Shown: piece after piece, positions 38,509-48,824 of the stretch
Numbering within the stretch: the stretch's first letter is position 1
How the letters are laid out: the number at the start of each line of letters is the position of its first letter
Assembly (NCBI GenBank): GCA_024650005.2
Contig: CP122380.1
Coordinates: 256,001 to 320,000 of the forward strand
Origin: Candidatus Bathyarchaeum tardum
Lineage (GTDB): Archaea > Thermoproteota > Bathyarchaeia > Bathyarchaeales > Bathyarchaeaceae
Direction: 5' to 3'
DNA: 64,000 nucleotides
Notes under the pieces: model-generated
Told to the model about the DNA's origin: nothing
The model's input: only the letters and a program-made list of their open reading frames with translations
Database searches by the model: none
Made by a program: the position numbers and the translations under genes

Positions 38509-40147
38509 CCTTCAGACAATAGCTGAAAATGAAGTAGACTTCCAAAGATCCTACAAACATAGAATAAACGTGTGTTCTTCAAGCGGCTGTATACTCTTCG
38601 GTGCACTTAAAATTTTGAAAGCCTTCAAAGATGCAGTTAAAGAATTTGGGCTAGAAAAAGAATGCAAAGTCGCAAGAACTGGATGCATAGGCACTTGCTC
38701 TGTAGGACCAGCAGTCCTAATCGAACCGGGTGATTACCTTTACCAGAATGTCTCTACAGAAAAAGTTCGAGAAATAGTAAGAGACCACATAGTTTTAGGT
38801 TTACCCATAAAAGAAATGCTATACAAAAACGAATCTTTCTTTAAAAAACAAAAACGACTAGTTCTAAAAAACGCAGGCAAAATAGACCCCCACAGAATTC
38901 AAGACTACATCGCGATGGGAGGATACTCTGCCCTCGTCAAATGTTTAGCAACAATGACTCCCCAAGGAGTTATATGTGAAGTTACTAGTAGCGGACTCAG
39001 AGGCAGAGGAGGCGCAGGCTTTCCAACAGGCCAAAAATGGAGTCTCGTAGCAAGAGCTCACAGCTCCCCAAAATACATTGTAGCTAACCTAGACGAAGGA
39101 GACCCAGGAGTCTTCGCAAACCGAACTTTAGCTGAAGCTGACCCTCATGCAATACTTGAAGGAATGCTAATCGCCGCTTATGCCATAGGCGCAGAAAAAG
39201 GATACCTCTACATAAGAGCTGAATACCCCCTAGCAATCCAAACCCTGCAAAAAGCCATTGCCCAAGCTAGATCAATGTCTCTTTTAGGAGATAGTATCCT
39301 TGAAACACCCTTCAAATTTAATGTCGAACTCAGACTAGGAGCAGGAGCGTTTATAGCCGGAGAAGAAACCGCCATACTTGCATCTATTGAAGGCAAAAGA
39401 GCAATGCCCAAACCTCGCCCACCATACCCCGCAACCTATGGATTATGGGGAAAACCAACACTTATCCAGAACGTCGAAACACTAGCAAATATTCCTATGA
39501 TTGTTCTAAACGGCGGCTTATGGTTCTCCAAAACTGGCACAACTGAATGCACCGGAACTAAATGCTTCTCATTGACTGGCAACATCAACAACCCCGGACT
39601 AATAGAAGTATCAATGGGAACCACACTTCGAGAAGTTGTTTTCGACATAGGAGGAGGAGTGCAAAACGAAAGAAACTTTAAAGCAGTTTTAGTTGGTGGT
39701 CCCTCTGGAGGATGTCTACCTGAAGCTCTTCTGGACCAACCAATAGATTATGAATCCCTGAAAAGCGTTGGAGCAATAATGGGATCTGGCGGAATCGTCG
39801 TTCTAGATGACGGCTCCTGCATGGTTGATACTGCAAAGTTTTTCACAGAATTTTGTGTAGAAGAATCCTGTGGCAAATGTACTCCATGCAGGGCAGGTCT
39901 TGCAAGAGTAAAAGAAATTTTCGAAGCAATCACTAAAGGAAGCGCCAGACTGGAAGACATAACAACATTAGAGAAAGTTAGCGCCTATATCATGGATGCC
40001 AGTCTTTGCGGTCTTGGACAAACTGCACCAAATCCTGTTATTACAACACTGCGATACTTCAAAAACGAGTATCTTCAGCACATTACAGAAAAAACCTGCC
40101 AAGCAGGTAAATGCTTCAAAAAAGAAGAAGGCGAACAAAAACAATGA
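38495..40147 (+). CDS. hoxF: Hox diaphorase subunit F (NuoF-like)
   Basis: GLRGRGGAGFPTG.KW, DEGDPG, GEETA, ESCGKCTPCR, LCGLG. Confidence 0.92.
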   Translation: MKLVDLQTIAENEVDFQRSYKHRINVCSSSGCILFGALKILKAFKDAVKEFGLEKECKVARTGCIGTCSVGPAVLIEPGDYLYQNVSTEKVREIVRDHIVLGLPIKEMLYKNESFFKKQKRLVLKNAGKIDPHRIQDYIAMGGYSALVKCLATMTPQGVICEVTSSGLRGRGGAGFPTGQKWSLVARAHSSPKYIVANLDEGDPGVFANRTLAEADPHAILEGMLIAAYAIGAEKGYLYIRAEYPLAIQTLQKAIAQARSMSLLGDSILETPFKFNVELRLGAGAFIAGEETAILASIEGKRAMPKPRPPYPATYGLWGKPTLIQNVETLANIPMIVLNGGLWFSKTGTTECTGTKCFSLTGNINNPGLIEVSMGTTLREVVFDIGGGVQNERNFKAVLVGGPSGGCLPEALLDQPIDYESLKSVGAIMGSGGIVVLDDGSCMVDTAKFFTEFCVEESCGKCTPCRAGLARVKEIFEAITKGSARLEDITTLEKVSAYIMDASLCGLGQTAPNPVITTLRYFKNEYLQHITEKTCQAGKCFKKEEGEQKQ

Positions 40148-40851
40148 GCACGTTAATGGTTAACCTAAAAATAGATGGCATTGAAGTTGAAGTGCCAAAG
40201 GATACCATGATATTGAAAGCTGCCAAAGATAACAGGATTGACATCCCAACACTCTGCAACCTAGAAGGCTTAATCAGTTACGGCGGATGCCGATTATGCC
40301 TAGTAGAAATTAGCGGTTCATCCAAACTCTTTCCAGCTTGTACAACCCCAGTCAGCCCAGGCATGGAAATTACAACTAACTCAAACAAACTAAAAGAATA
40401 CCGCAAAATGACAATCCAACTCCTTCTTTCTGAAAGAACACATATTTGCTCTGTCTGCGTAGCAAATGACCACTGCGAACTACAAAGCCTAGCAAACCAA
40501 CTAGGAGTTGACCACACCATATTTGAGCGCAACTGGACCAAAGAAGAGATTGACTCAACTCACGATTTCTTAGTTATTGACCGAAACAGGTGCATACTAT
40601 GCACCCGATGCATAAGAGTTTGCGACGAAATAGAAGGAGTTCACACTTTAGATCTGAGACTAAGAGGAAAAGATGCCCAAATCATAATGGACATGGACAA
40701 CCAGTGGATCAATTCCTGTTCATGCACTTCTTGCAGAAAATGCTCAAACGTTTGCCCAGTCGGCGCCATTTACATCGAAGGAGAGCCAGTGTCCCACACC
40801 AAGAAAAAAGATATTGTCGAATTTATTAAAACAAGGAGAAACAGAAAATGA
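40144..40851 (+). CDS. hoxU: Hox subunit U (NuoG N-terminal-like Fe-S protein)
   Basis: IPTLC..G.CRLC, ERTHICSVC, RCILCTRCIRVCDEIEG, CTSCRKC..VCP. Confidence 0.92.
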   Translation: MSTLMVNLKIDGIEVEVPKDTMILKAAKDNRIDIPTLCNLEGLISYGGCRLCLVEISGSSKLFPACTTPVSPGMEITTNSNKLKEYRKMTIQLLLSERTHICSVCVANDHCELQSLANQLGVDHTIFERNWTKEEIDSTHDFLVIDRNRCILCTRCIRVCDEIEGVHTLDLRLRGKDAQIIMDMDNQWINSCSCTSCRKCSNVCPVGAIYIEGEPVSHTKKKDIVEFIKTRRNRK

Positions 40852-41390
40852 CAACAATCAAAAAAACCAAAGTGTCCACAATTTGGCTTAGCGGTTGTTC
40901 AGGTTGCCACATGTCATTTCTTGACCAAGACGAATTGCTGCTAGAACTAGCAAAGAAAATCCAGATGGTTTACAGCCCCCTAATGGACATAAAGACTTTT
41001 CCCGAAAACGTTGATTTAACATTAATTGAAGGTGCTGTAGCAAACGAAGAACAGCAAAACCTGCTTAAAGAAGCACGCAAAAAAACAAAAATTCTGATCT
41101 CCCTTGGCGACTGCGCTGTTACAGGAAACGTTACTGCTCTCAGAAACGCTTGGAGCGACAGTGACCAAGCTGTTCTAAAAAAAGCATATATGGAAAAATC
41201 AAATAAAAACGGTCAAATCCCAACCGATGTTCCAAAACTATTGAAGAAAGTGAGGCCAATTCACGAAGTGGTTAACGTAGACTACTTTATTCCCGGATGC
41301 CCACCGCCTGCGGGTGTCATCAACTATGTATTAACTGAGTTACTGGCTGGAAAAACGCCTAACATGGAAGGCAGATCAAAATATGGCTGA
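40848..41390 (+). CDS. hoxY: Hox [NiFe]-hydrogenase small subunit
   Basis: WLSGCSGCHMSFLD, GDCAVTGNV, PGCPP; short (180 aa) with no distal clusters. Confidence 0.92.
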   Translation: MTTIKKTKVSTIWLSGCSGCHMSFLDQDELLLELAKKIQMVYSPLMDIKTFPENVDLTLIEGAVANEEQQNLLKEARKKTKILISLGDCAVTGNVTALRNAWSDSDQAVLKKAYMEKSNKNGQIPTDVPKLLKKVRPIHEVVNVDYFIPGCPPPAGVINYVLTELLAGKTPNMEGRSKYG

Positions 41391-42825
41391 ACAAAGCAAA
41401 AGAAAAGATATTGTGATAAATCCGATCACAAGAATAGAGGGGCACGCCAAAGTAACAATATGCCTCAGTAAAAACGAATCAGTCAAAGAGGCCCGATTCC
41501 ACGTAGTTGACTTCAGAGGATTCGAAAAATTCTGCGAAGGACGCCCATTTTACGAAATGCCAAGCATAACTGCAAGGTCATGCGGTATTTGCCCAGTAAG
41601 CCACCTGCTAGCTTCAGCAAAAGCATGTGACGAGATAGTAGGAGCGAACCCACCTAAAATAGCTACGCTCCTACGCCGCCTGATACACATGGGACAAATA
41701 ATACAATCCCATGCTTTAAATTTCTTCCATCTATCATCTCCAGACCTGCTGTTGGGAATGGACGCAGATCCCGCTGATAGAAACATTTTCGGTTTGATAA
41801 AAAAACAACCAGAAATTGCATTGCAAGGAATCAAACTGCGAAAATTTGGGCAAGAAATAATAGAAAAAGTAGCGGGCAAAAAAATACACCCCAGCGACTG
41901 GATCTTGCCCGGAGGAGTACAGTGGTCACTTAAGAAAGAAAATGCTGATTATCTGCTGTCTAATCTGCCAGAAGCGCTAGATATCACAATTAAGACAATT
42001 TCAATGTTTAAGGATCTCCTGCAAGGATTTGATGAAGAGGTACAAAACTTTGGCAACTTCCCCTCGTATTACATGGGAATGGTTAACTCGACCAGAGGAC
42101 TGGAAATGTATGATGGAAAAATACTCATTGTTGACCAAGACGGCAAAATTGTAGCTGACCAGCTTGACCCTAAAAAATATCAAGAATACATCGGCGAAGC
42201 CGTTGAACCGTGGTCTTACATGAAGTTCCCATACTACAAACCCTTAGGTTACCCAAATGGAATGTACAGAGTAGGTCCATTGGCTAGGCTAAATGTAGCA
42301 TCACACTGCGGTACAACTGTTGCTGATAAAGAACTTAAAGAATTCAAGAAACTTGGAAAGAATGGTATTGTGCAAAGTAGTTTTCTTTACCATTATGCAC
42401 GCCTAATAGAGATCCTAACATGTATCGAAACCACACAAAACCTTCTTGAGGAGCCTGAAATCCTCTCAGAACATGTTCAAGCCAAAGCCTTCGTGAACAA
42501 TTATGAAGGAATCGGAGTTGCAGAAGCTCCTAGAGGAACTTTGATTCACCACTACAGAGTTGACCCACAGGGAATAATAAAATGGTGTAACATGATCATA
42601 GCTACAGAACATAATAACCTTGCATACAACCAAGCTGTAACTCAAGTCGCTAAAAAATACGTAAAAACAAAACAACTACGAGAAGGAATGCTTAACAGAA
42701 TCGAAGCAGTAATCCGAGCATTTGACCCCTGTTTAAGTTGTGCAACACACGCAATAGGAAAAATGCCCCTGGAATTACAGCTCATAAATTCAGAAGGAAA
42801 AATCATCGACATCATAGCCAGATAA
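41383..42825 (+). CDS. hoxH: Hox [NiFe]-hydrogenase large subunit (group 3d-type)
   Basis: PITRIEGH, ARSCGICPVSH (L1), DPCLSCATH (L2) plus C-terminal extension. Confidence 0.93.
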   Translation: MAEQSKRKDIVINPITRIEGHAKVTICLSKNESVKEARFHVVDFRGFEKFCEGRPFYEMPSITARSCGICPVSHLLASAKACDEIVGANPPKIATLLRRLIHMGQIIQSHALNFFHLSSPDLLLGMDADPADRNIFGLIKKQPEIALQGIKLRKFGQEIIEKVAGKKIHPSDWILPGGVQWSLKKENADYLLSNLPEALDITIKTISMFKDLLQGFDEEVQNFGNFPSYYMGMVNSTRGLEMYDGKILIVDQDGKIVADQLDPKKYQEYIGEAVEPWSYMKFPYYKPLGYPNGMYRVGPLARLNVASHCGTTVADKELKEFKKLGKNGIVQSSFLYHYARLIEILTCIETTQNLLEEPEILSEHVQAKAFVNNYEGIGVAEAPRGTLIHHYRVDPQGIIKWCNMIIATEHNNLAYNQAVTQVAKKYVKTKQLREGMLNRIEAVIRAFDPCLSCATHAIGKMPLELQLINSEGKIIDIIAR

Positions 42826-43028
42826 CAATACCCCAAATGAGCTAACACTCACTTTTAACAAAATACTCACCATTATTTGACTACCCACAACAACAAAAAC
42901 CCATTTGCTTCTGCAGCCTTCACAAGAAATCTGTTGCTCACTCATAATTTAGGGCTTCAAAAATTTCAATAAACAAAAAAAGAAGAGACGATGAAAAAGT
43001 ACAAAATGGTACATATTCGTTTTTAGAA

Positions 43029-43123
43029 TGGTGCGGCCGCCGGGATTTGAACCCGGGTTGTCAGCGTTCTACCCACCGTGGTGGATGGCAGGCTGATGTC
43101 CTACCAAACTAGACTACGACCGC
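43029..43123 (-). tRNA. tRNA-Gly(GCC) with 19-nt canonical 37/38 intron (43067-43085)
   Basis: Cloverleaf with CCA; TCAGC/GCTGA stem; BHB CTGC/GTAG. Confidence 0.93.
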
Positions 43124-43258
43124 TCAGGACTGTTTCAAATACAGTTACGGCATTTATTTCTTTTCGTAGAAAAGAACTTTTCCATTTCCCCAACCAACAC
43201 CAAAACCACATAAATATAATAGGTTGAGGACCTACTTGAACCCGAAGTGCAGTAATTC

Positions 43259-43999
43259 ATGTCTGACAAAAACACCCTAAAAGGCAAATCGGTTTTTGTT
43301 ATGGGCGGAGGAAAATTTGGAACCAACGCCCTTAGGTACCTAAAAACTAAAGAAGCTAAAGTTTTGGTTGTGGACATAAACCCCAACTGCAAAGCAAAAC
43401 CAGAAGCTGACATTCAAGCGTACAGTTTAGATGTCTGGAACAGTTTGAAAAATGGACAACCTGCTTTTCTTGCCGGTGACGCTTACAAGCTTTTGTTGGA
43501 TCTACTACAAACCTCGGTTCCAGATTTTGTGGTTACCGCAATTCAGGGTAACACCATTGCTAACGTTGTGCAAAACTGGTTTACAAAAAACGGTTTCAAA
43601 AGCGAACCATACTTGGAAGGGGTATCCAAAGTTTTAGAGAACCTCCCAAAGAGTATGGTCTTCGTGAATGAAAATACTGCATTTATTGCTGCCAGTTACA
43701 TGTATCCCGACAAACGGTGCAAAACAAATTGCCCCGCCCCAAAGAACGTGTGTGCCTTAACGGGCAGACCAAAACCTGCGACCATAGAATCTCTTTTGAA
43801 GTTTGCAGTTTTTGGTGTGGCGGATCACTGTATTCTTTTTAGTTCACCCCTACTGACTGCAGGATTAGGCGCCATAAATGGAAACGATCTTTCTTCCCTC
43901 TTTAAAAAGCTAGAAACCTTCCCCAAACCTTTTACCCTTGCTTTAGGAACTGCATGCGACTGCCACGGGGTTGTTAGCCTCATAAAAATAACAAAATAA
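43259..43999 (+). CDS. Rossmann-fold NAD-binding protein with Cys-rich C-terminal part
   Basis: VMGGGKFG...VVD; C..NCP.P..C and GTACDCHG. Confidence 0.65.
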   Translation: MSDKNTLKGKSVFVMGGGKFGTNALRYLKTKEAKVLVVDINPNCKAKPEADIQAYSLDVWNSLKNGQPAFLAGDAYKLLLDLLQTSVPDFVVTAIQGNTIANVVQNWFTKNGFKSEPYLEGVSKVLENLPKSMVFVNENTAFIAASYMYPDKRCKTNCPAPKNVCALTGRPKPATIESLLKFAVFGVADHCILFSSPLLTAGLGAINGNDLSSLFKKLETFPKPFTLALGTACDCHGVVSLIKITK

Positions 44000-44106
44000 C
44001 AAAGTTTCAATCGCTTTTTTGTGTTTTCCACATCTTTTCACAGGTTTCCTAAATAATTCCCACCTGCAGGTTACTATAGTACATCCCTGGAGGGCATCAC
44101 TAGGCT

Positions 44107-45072
44107 TTGTTAACTAAAAAAATGGCAGTAACTGTTCTTGTGGCTCTTGCGTTGTCAACAACTTTTATTGTCTTGAACCAAACTTTTGCTCAAACCATCG
44201 ACCCTCAAAAACAAAAAGCAGAAACTTTGATCCGAATTCTTGAAGAAAACAACATAACTGTGTTATCTGCCTTTAATGACCTTGAACAAAAAAACATTAC
44301 TCCACCCGAGACTGCTCAAACAATGTATAATCAGGGGCTTGTCTTAGCGACTGAAGCTTATGATTTTTTGGAACAAGGAAACTATGCTGAAGCAAGCACC
44401 AAAGCTGTTGAGGCCATGAAACAATTTGAAGAAACCTTGTTTTTGTTAGAGTCTGCGTTGCCTTCAGATTCAACACCTTCAACAGCAGAAGCCGCCTTGA
44501 ACTTGAAAGCAAACATAACCCGAGTTGCAAGCTATATAGAACGGCTGCAGAACATGGCACAAAAAGCTTCTGCTGCAGGATACAACACCTTAAAGGTTGA
44601 AAAAAGTCTAAAAGAAATCAACAATCACTTGGAGAACGCTACACGAAAACTGAGTGCCCTTGATTTAGAAGGGGCATCTAATGACCTTTGTACTTCCGAA
44701 GCATTGCTTGATGAGTTAACGGAGCATGTTTCTCGGTTAACTAATCTTGTTTCGGAGTCCAATGCTCAAAGGTATCTTCAAGCTGCAGAAGTTAGATTGT
44801 CTGTAACGAGGACGGAGTTATCTGTTTCTGCAACTTTGACTCCTAAAGAAAAAGAAGACGCTCTTACTGCCTTGAACAATTCTGAGACCAGTTTAACAAA
44901 CGCCCGTGATTTGATACAGGATAGCAAAGTTGATGATGCCATTGAAGCGCTTGAAGAAGCCAAACGATGGGAAGAACAATCAACCAACGCCATATCTGCC
45001 GTGGCTGTAACTCCATCTGCATCAAACACAAATGAAAGTTTGTCAAGCATCGAAGTAACTAAAGCTGATTAG
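44107..45072 (+). CDS. Secreted alpha-helical hypothetical protein
   Basis: Signal peptide, Ala/Glu/Leu-rich helical repeats. Confidence 0.75.
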   Translation: MLTKKMAVTVLVALALSTTFIVLNQTFAQTIDPQKQKAETLIRILEENNITVLSAFNDLEQKNITPPETAQTMYNQGLVLATEAYDFLEQGNYAEASTKAVEAMKQFEETLFLLESALPSDSTPSTAEAALNLKANITRVASYIERLQNMAQKASAAGYNTLKVEKSLKEINNHLENATRKLSALDLEGASNDLCTSEALLDELTEHVSRLTNLVSESNAQRYLQAAEVRLSVTRTELSVSATLTPKEKEDALTALNNSETSLTNARDLIQDSKVDDAIEALEEAKRWEEQSTNAISAVAVTPSASNTNESLSSIEVTKAD

Positions 45073-45152
45073 GTGGTGTTTTTTCCGTGAATTTTCAGTA
45101 CACAAAAGTTTTAGGCGTATACGTCTAACTTTCCGCAGAGAAGTGACGCCCT

Positions 45153-46445
45153 TTGACTAAAAAACGGGCTTTTGCCTATGTTATATTAAGTTTGGTTGTT
45201 GTGTTGGCAGTAACTTCTCCCAGAAGCTTTTCCCAAGAAATAACCCCAAAAACCTTAGTTTTCATGGTGTTTGTTGATGGTTTTGTATCCACTGATTATG
45301 TTCTTGAAGTTGATCCAGAATTTCCTACCCAAAATGTGACAGTTTTTGGTCAAGTTTTAGAAGACCTTCTGGTAGTAGATGAGGATGGGTTACCGTTAAG
45401 TTACTCATTACACGGTTCTACCATTAGTGTTCACAGTTTGGGAACAACCGAAGTTGAAATATCCTACCTAACTCAGGATATTACTTCAAAACAAGGGAAA
45501 TACTGGACATTAACTGTGGCACCACCTATTGCGGCGCGAATAATTTTGCCTTCAGAAGCTGCAATTATTAGTTTGAACAAAGTTCCAGAACTAATACAAA
45601 CCAGCAACGACAAAGTAAACCTTCTCATGGATTCTGGATTGATCCAAGTAACATACGTAGTGGGTATAGTTGGAACCCCAGAGCACGCCCGAATGGTTCT
45701 GGATGATGCAGAACTTTTGGTTGTGCAAATTCAGAGTTTGGGTGTAATTGTTACTGACGCAGAAACAAAACTTCAGCAAGGGGAAACCGCTTTTAGTCTT
45801 GGAAACTATGCCGAAGCAGAAACCCTTGGAACTGAAGCAAAAAATTTGGCTATTCAAATTAATCAAACAGCAGTTCAGGCTCAATCAAAAATTGTTGACG
45901 CTGAAAACGTGATAACAGTCGCTGAAGATAAAGAACAAAAAAATGGATTAGATGATGTCCGTAAGTTAGTTGAACAAGCACATACAGAATACGAAATTGG
46001 TAACTATTCTGCAGCTCTAAGTTTAGCAACTCAAGCAATAATGTTAGCTGATGTTTCACTGTTTTCTGCGACTGAAGGGTTTCCTATATTAGAGGTTGCT
46101 ATTGGAATAATCGTGTTTTTGTTTGTAGTTGCTTTATTTTTTGTTTTGAAATCAAGAAACAGAACTGACTTAGTAAAACCGGAATCCAAAAAACGTGACA
46201 TAGATGTTGAACGCATATTTGCAGGTCATAAGGATTTATTGCCTGAAGAAAAACAAGCAATACAGTTTTTGGTTGACAATAACGGTGAAGCCTTTGAAGC
46301 AGACCTTTATGATTATGTAAAACTTCCGCGAACAACTACTTGGAGAATGGTTAAGCGCCTCAAAGGAATGAACATCATAACAGTTACCAAGTTCCGAAGA
46401 CAAAATCTGGTCCGTATCAAAAGCAAATACAACATCAAAGACTAG
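45153..46445 (+). CDS. Membrane-anchored winged-HTH regulator (COG2512-like)
   Basis: Signal peptide, extracellular domain, TM, C-terminal L.PEE...I.FL....G...EADL...LPRTTTWR.VKRL. Confidence 0.8.
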   Translation: MTKKRAFAYVILSLVVVLAVTSPRSFSQEITPKTLVFMVFVDGFVSTDYVLEVDPEFPTQNVTVFGQVLEDLLVVDEDGLPLSYSLHGSTISVHSLGTTEVEISYLTQDITSKQGKYWTLTVAPPIAARIILPSEAAIISLNKVPELIQTSNDKVNLLMDSGLIQVTYVVGIVGTPEHARMVLDDAELLVVQIQSLGVIVTDAETKLQQGETAFSLGNYAEAETLGTEAKNLAIQINQTAVQAQSKIVDAENVITVAEDKEQKNGLDDVRKLVEQAHTEYEIGNYSAALSLATQAIMLADVSLFSATEGFPILEVAIGIIVFLFVVALFFVLKSRNRTDLVKPESKKRDIDVERIFAGHKDLLPEEKQAIQFLVDNNGEAFEADLYDYVKLPRTTTWRMVKRLKGMNIITVTKFRRQNLVRIKSKYNIKD

Positions 46446-46551
46446 GTCTAGTTTGGAAACCATCTCTTTTTTTTGAAATTTGTTTTTCGAGCCTTTTCAT
46501 GGGTTTCCTAAAGATACGCCCAAGATATTGGTTTTTATGAGGTTTAAAAAA

Positions 46552-47139
46552 ATGCAAAAGAAAATCGTAATTTCTATGGCTGTGGTAACGTTGCTGCTCA
46601 TGGGAGTAATGGCAACGTCAGTTTTAGCCTCAGAAATAAAACTGGCAACCAATGCTGCTGTATCAACCAGAATGCAAGCAGTCCCTGAAACAGAATTAAC
46701 AAGAAAAGCAGTTTCCCTGACGGAACTTTCTGCCGTAGCAGTGAATGCTGACGATGCTTCGATAACTGTGGTCCCTAAAGAAATTGGAGAATTGTCAAAC
46801 GTTGAAGTTGATAACCTGCGTGAACTAGTGCCTGAAACATACGAAGAAACTGATGCACGAGTAATTCAGAGAACAAGGTTCCTGCTGTATACAAAGGATG
46901 GCAAATACATCATGTGGGGCTTTGTTGGAAATGGCCACTTTGTGGGCACAGACAACATGGACAAACACTGCTGGGGAATCTATGGCAAAGGAGTCTTTGC
47001 AGGATTCTATGACGGAGAATTCTTCTGGGGCAACTACCGAGGCGGTAACTGGAAAGCCGAAGGACTCTTCGGACTCAACAGCGCGAGCGGAAAATACATA
47101 CTATTTCCAACACCAACTCTAACAGCAAATACACCATAA
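46552..47139 (+). CDS. Secreted hypothetical protein
   Basis: GAGGT RBS, signal peptide, Gly/aromatic-rich C-terminal domain (WGIYGKGVFAGFYDGEFFWG). Confidence 0.7.
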   Translation: MQKKIVISMAVVTLLLMGVMATSVLASEIKLATNAAVSTRMQAVPETELTRKAVSLTELSAVAVNADDASITVVPKEIGELSNVEVDNLRELVPETYEETDARVIQRTRFLLYTKDGKYIMWGFVGNGHFVGTDNMDKHCWGIYGKGVFAGFYDGEFFWGNYRGGNWKAEGLFGLNSASGKYILFPTPTLTANTP

Positions 47140-47231
47140 AACAAAAATTTATCCAACCCTTCTCTTTTTTTTCAAAAAATGAAATAAAGTTATATTTCAA
47201 AACAAAACATTCTAGAAATGAAGTATTAGAT

Positions 47232-47646
47232 TTGCCGGTAACACCTCTTCATCATCCCCTTGCATATTTCATTTACAAACTTAACAAACGGCTCAGTTTG
47301 CCAGGGCTGATTGTGGGAAGCATGTTTCCTGACCTTGAAAATCCTTTGATTGTATTGTTTTTGGGAACTCAAGTTCCAAACCGACTGGTGCTTCATAGCA
47401 TCTTTGGGGCTGGTCATTTCTGTTCTTGTTGGTATTCTCTCTCATGTTCTGTTAGATTTCACAAACCACCCTTATAACCCCCTTTTTTGGCCTTTCAGTT
47501 CCCCAACTTTCACCGAAAGCCCAATTTATTTTGCTCTTGGAAATCCCCTTGGATCACTTCATATCCATATTATAATGGGAGTCCTTCTTGTTGGGTTGAT
47601 ATTCGTTAATCGTAAAAACTTGTTTGAAAAATTACTTGTTGGTTAG
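47232..47646 (+). pseudogene. DUF4184-family membrane protein, frameshifted with probable internal deletion
   Basis: MP.TP.H...L..GSM.PD.E...HS in one frame; G.LSH..LD...H...PLFWP in another. Confidence 0.65.
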
Positions 47647-47724
47647 AACTGTTTGTCACTGTTTTAATTGAAAGTTAAAATATCCCTTAACAAACAAGTA
47701 TTTGGGGGATTTGGAGGTCAAAAC

Positions 47725-48564
47725 ATGAGTGTTGAGCTTCCTGAAGCAAAAATTTTAGCTGCCCAACTGAACCAGCAAGTCTTGGACAAACAAGTAAAAT
47801 CATGTGAAACCCAAGAAAGCAAAGGCTTACAAAGAATTGGAATGTTAGAACCCGACCTAACCGTTTTTGATCAGCTTGTTGACGCAAAAATTGAGACGAT
47901 TGTCTCACGAGGAAATGTTATTGTCATAAAATTTGATAACAAAACCGATTTGATAGTTGGACTGGAGTATGGTGGTGAACTGTTTTATCATCAAAGTGCG
48001 AACGACGTTTCTAGTTTTCATGTAAAACTTGTTTTCACAGATAACACAGCCTTAACTGTTAGACTTACCAGCATGGGGGTAATCCAACTACTAGCTGACA
48101 AAAATTTAGGCATGTCATATGTGTATAAACGGGACTTTGATTTGAGCAAGCTCTCTACAACAGATAAAGATTTTACTTTTCAGCATTTTTCTTTAATGTT
48201 TTCAGAAAAAAACAAGATGTTAAAAGCAGTTCTTGTTGGAAAAGATGCAGTAGTTGTTGGAATCAGTAATAGTACATTTCAGGACATTTTGTATCGGGCT
48301 GGGCTTCATCCAAAACGAAAAGCTTCTGAATTGTCCGCTGAAGAAATGCAAAGACTCTATGCTGCAATCAAGTTTGTGGTTAAAGAGCGAATACGACTCA
48401 ACGGAAAAGAAGATTTTCAGGATCTTTACCAAAAAAATGGTAGTTATATGCCTGCGATGGGACCTCATATGAAAGAGAAATACTGTCCTGAATGCGGAAC
48501 AATCATACAAAAACTAAGTCACGGTGGTGGACACGTTTACCTTTGTCCATGCTGCCAGACTTAG
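47725..48564 (+). CDS. Fpg/Nei-family DNA glycosylase/AP lyase
   Basis: ELPE N-terminus, RG, H2TH GI.N....DIL.RAGLHP, C-terminal CPEC...CPCCQ zinc finger. Confidence 0.85.
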   Translation: MSVELPEAKILAAQLNQQVLDKQVKSCETQESKGLQRIGMLEPDLTVFDQLVDAKIETIVSRGNVIVIKFDNKTDLIVGLEYGGELFYHQSANDVSSFHVKLVFTDNTALTVRLTSMGVIQLLADKNLGMSYVYKRDFDLSKLSTTDKDFTFQHFSLMFSEKNKMLKAVLVGKDAVVVGISNSTFQDILYRAGLHPKRKASELSAEEMQRLYAAIKFVVKERIRLNGKEDFQDLYQKNGSYMPAMGPHMKEKYCPECGTIIQKLSHGGGHVYLCPCCQT

Positions 48565-48824
48565 AACAAGAGACCTCTTTTGCCGTTTTCTACTATGAAT
48601 TGTAACTCCTATTTTTTTTAATTTTAATCTATAAAGTCACGGTTTCTTTCACGCCTGAATAAATGAATGTATGTTCATGTTTGTGGGTTTTTGAGTTTGT
48701 ACATTGAATGTTTGATGTTGATTTCATCTTTTTGTTGAAAAATCTTATAAGCAGGGTTTTGCCTAGTGGCAATAGGTTGCCGTATACCGCTGTATGAGGC
48801 AAAAAATTGGAGAAATGAAATAAA

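Noticed and set aside
37633-43057. Active integrative element with attL/attR at tRNA-Gly
   Set aside because: Both repeats belong to complete tRNA genes with different anticodons and no integrase is present; kept only as a possible old insertion
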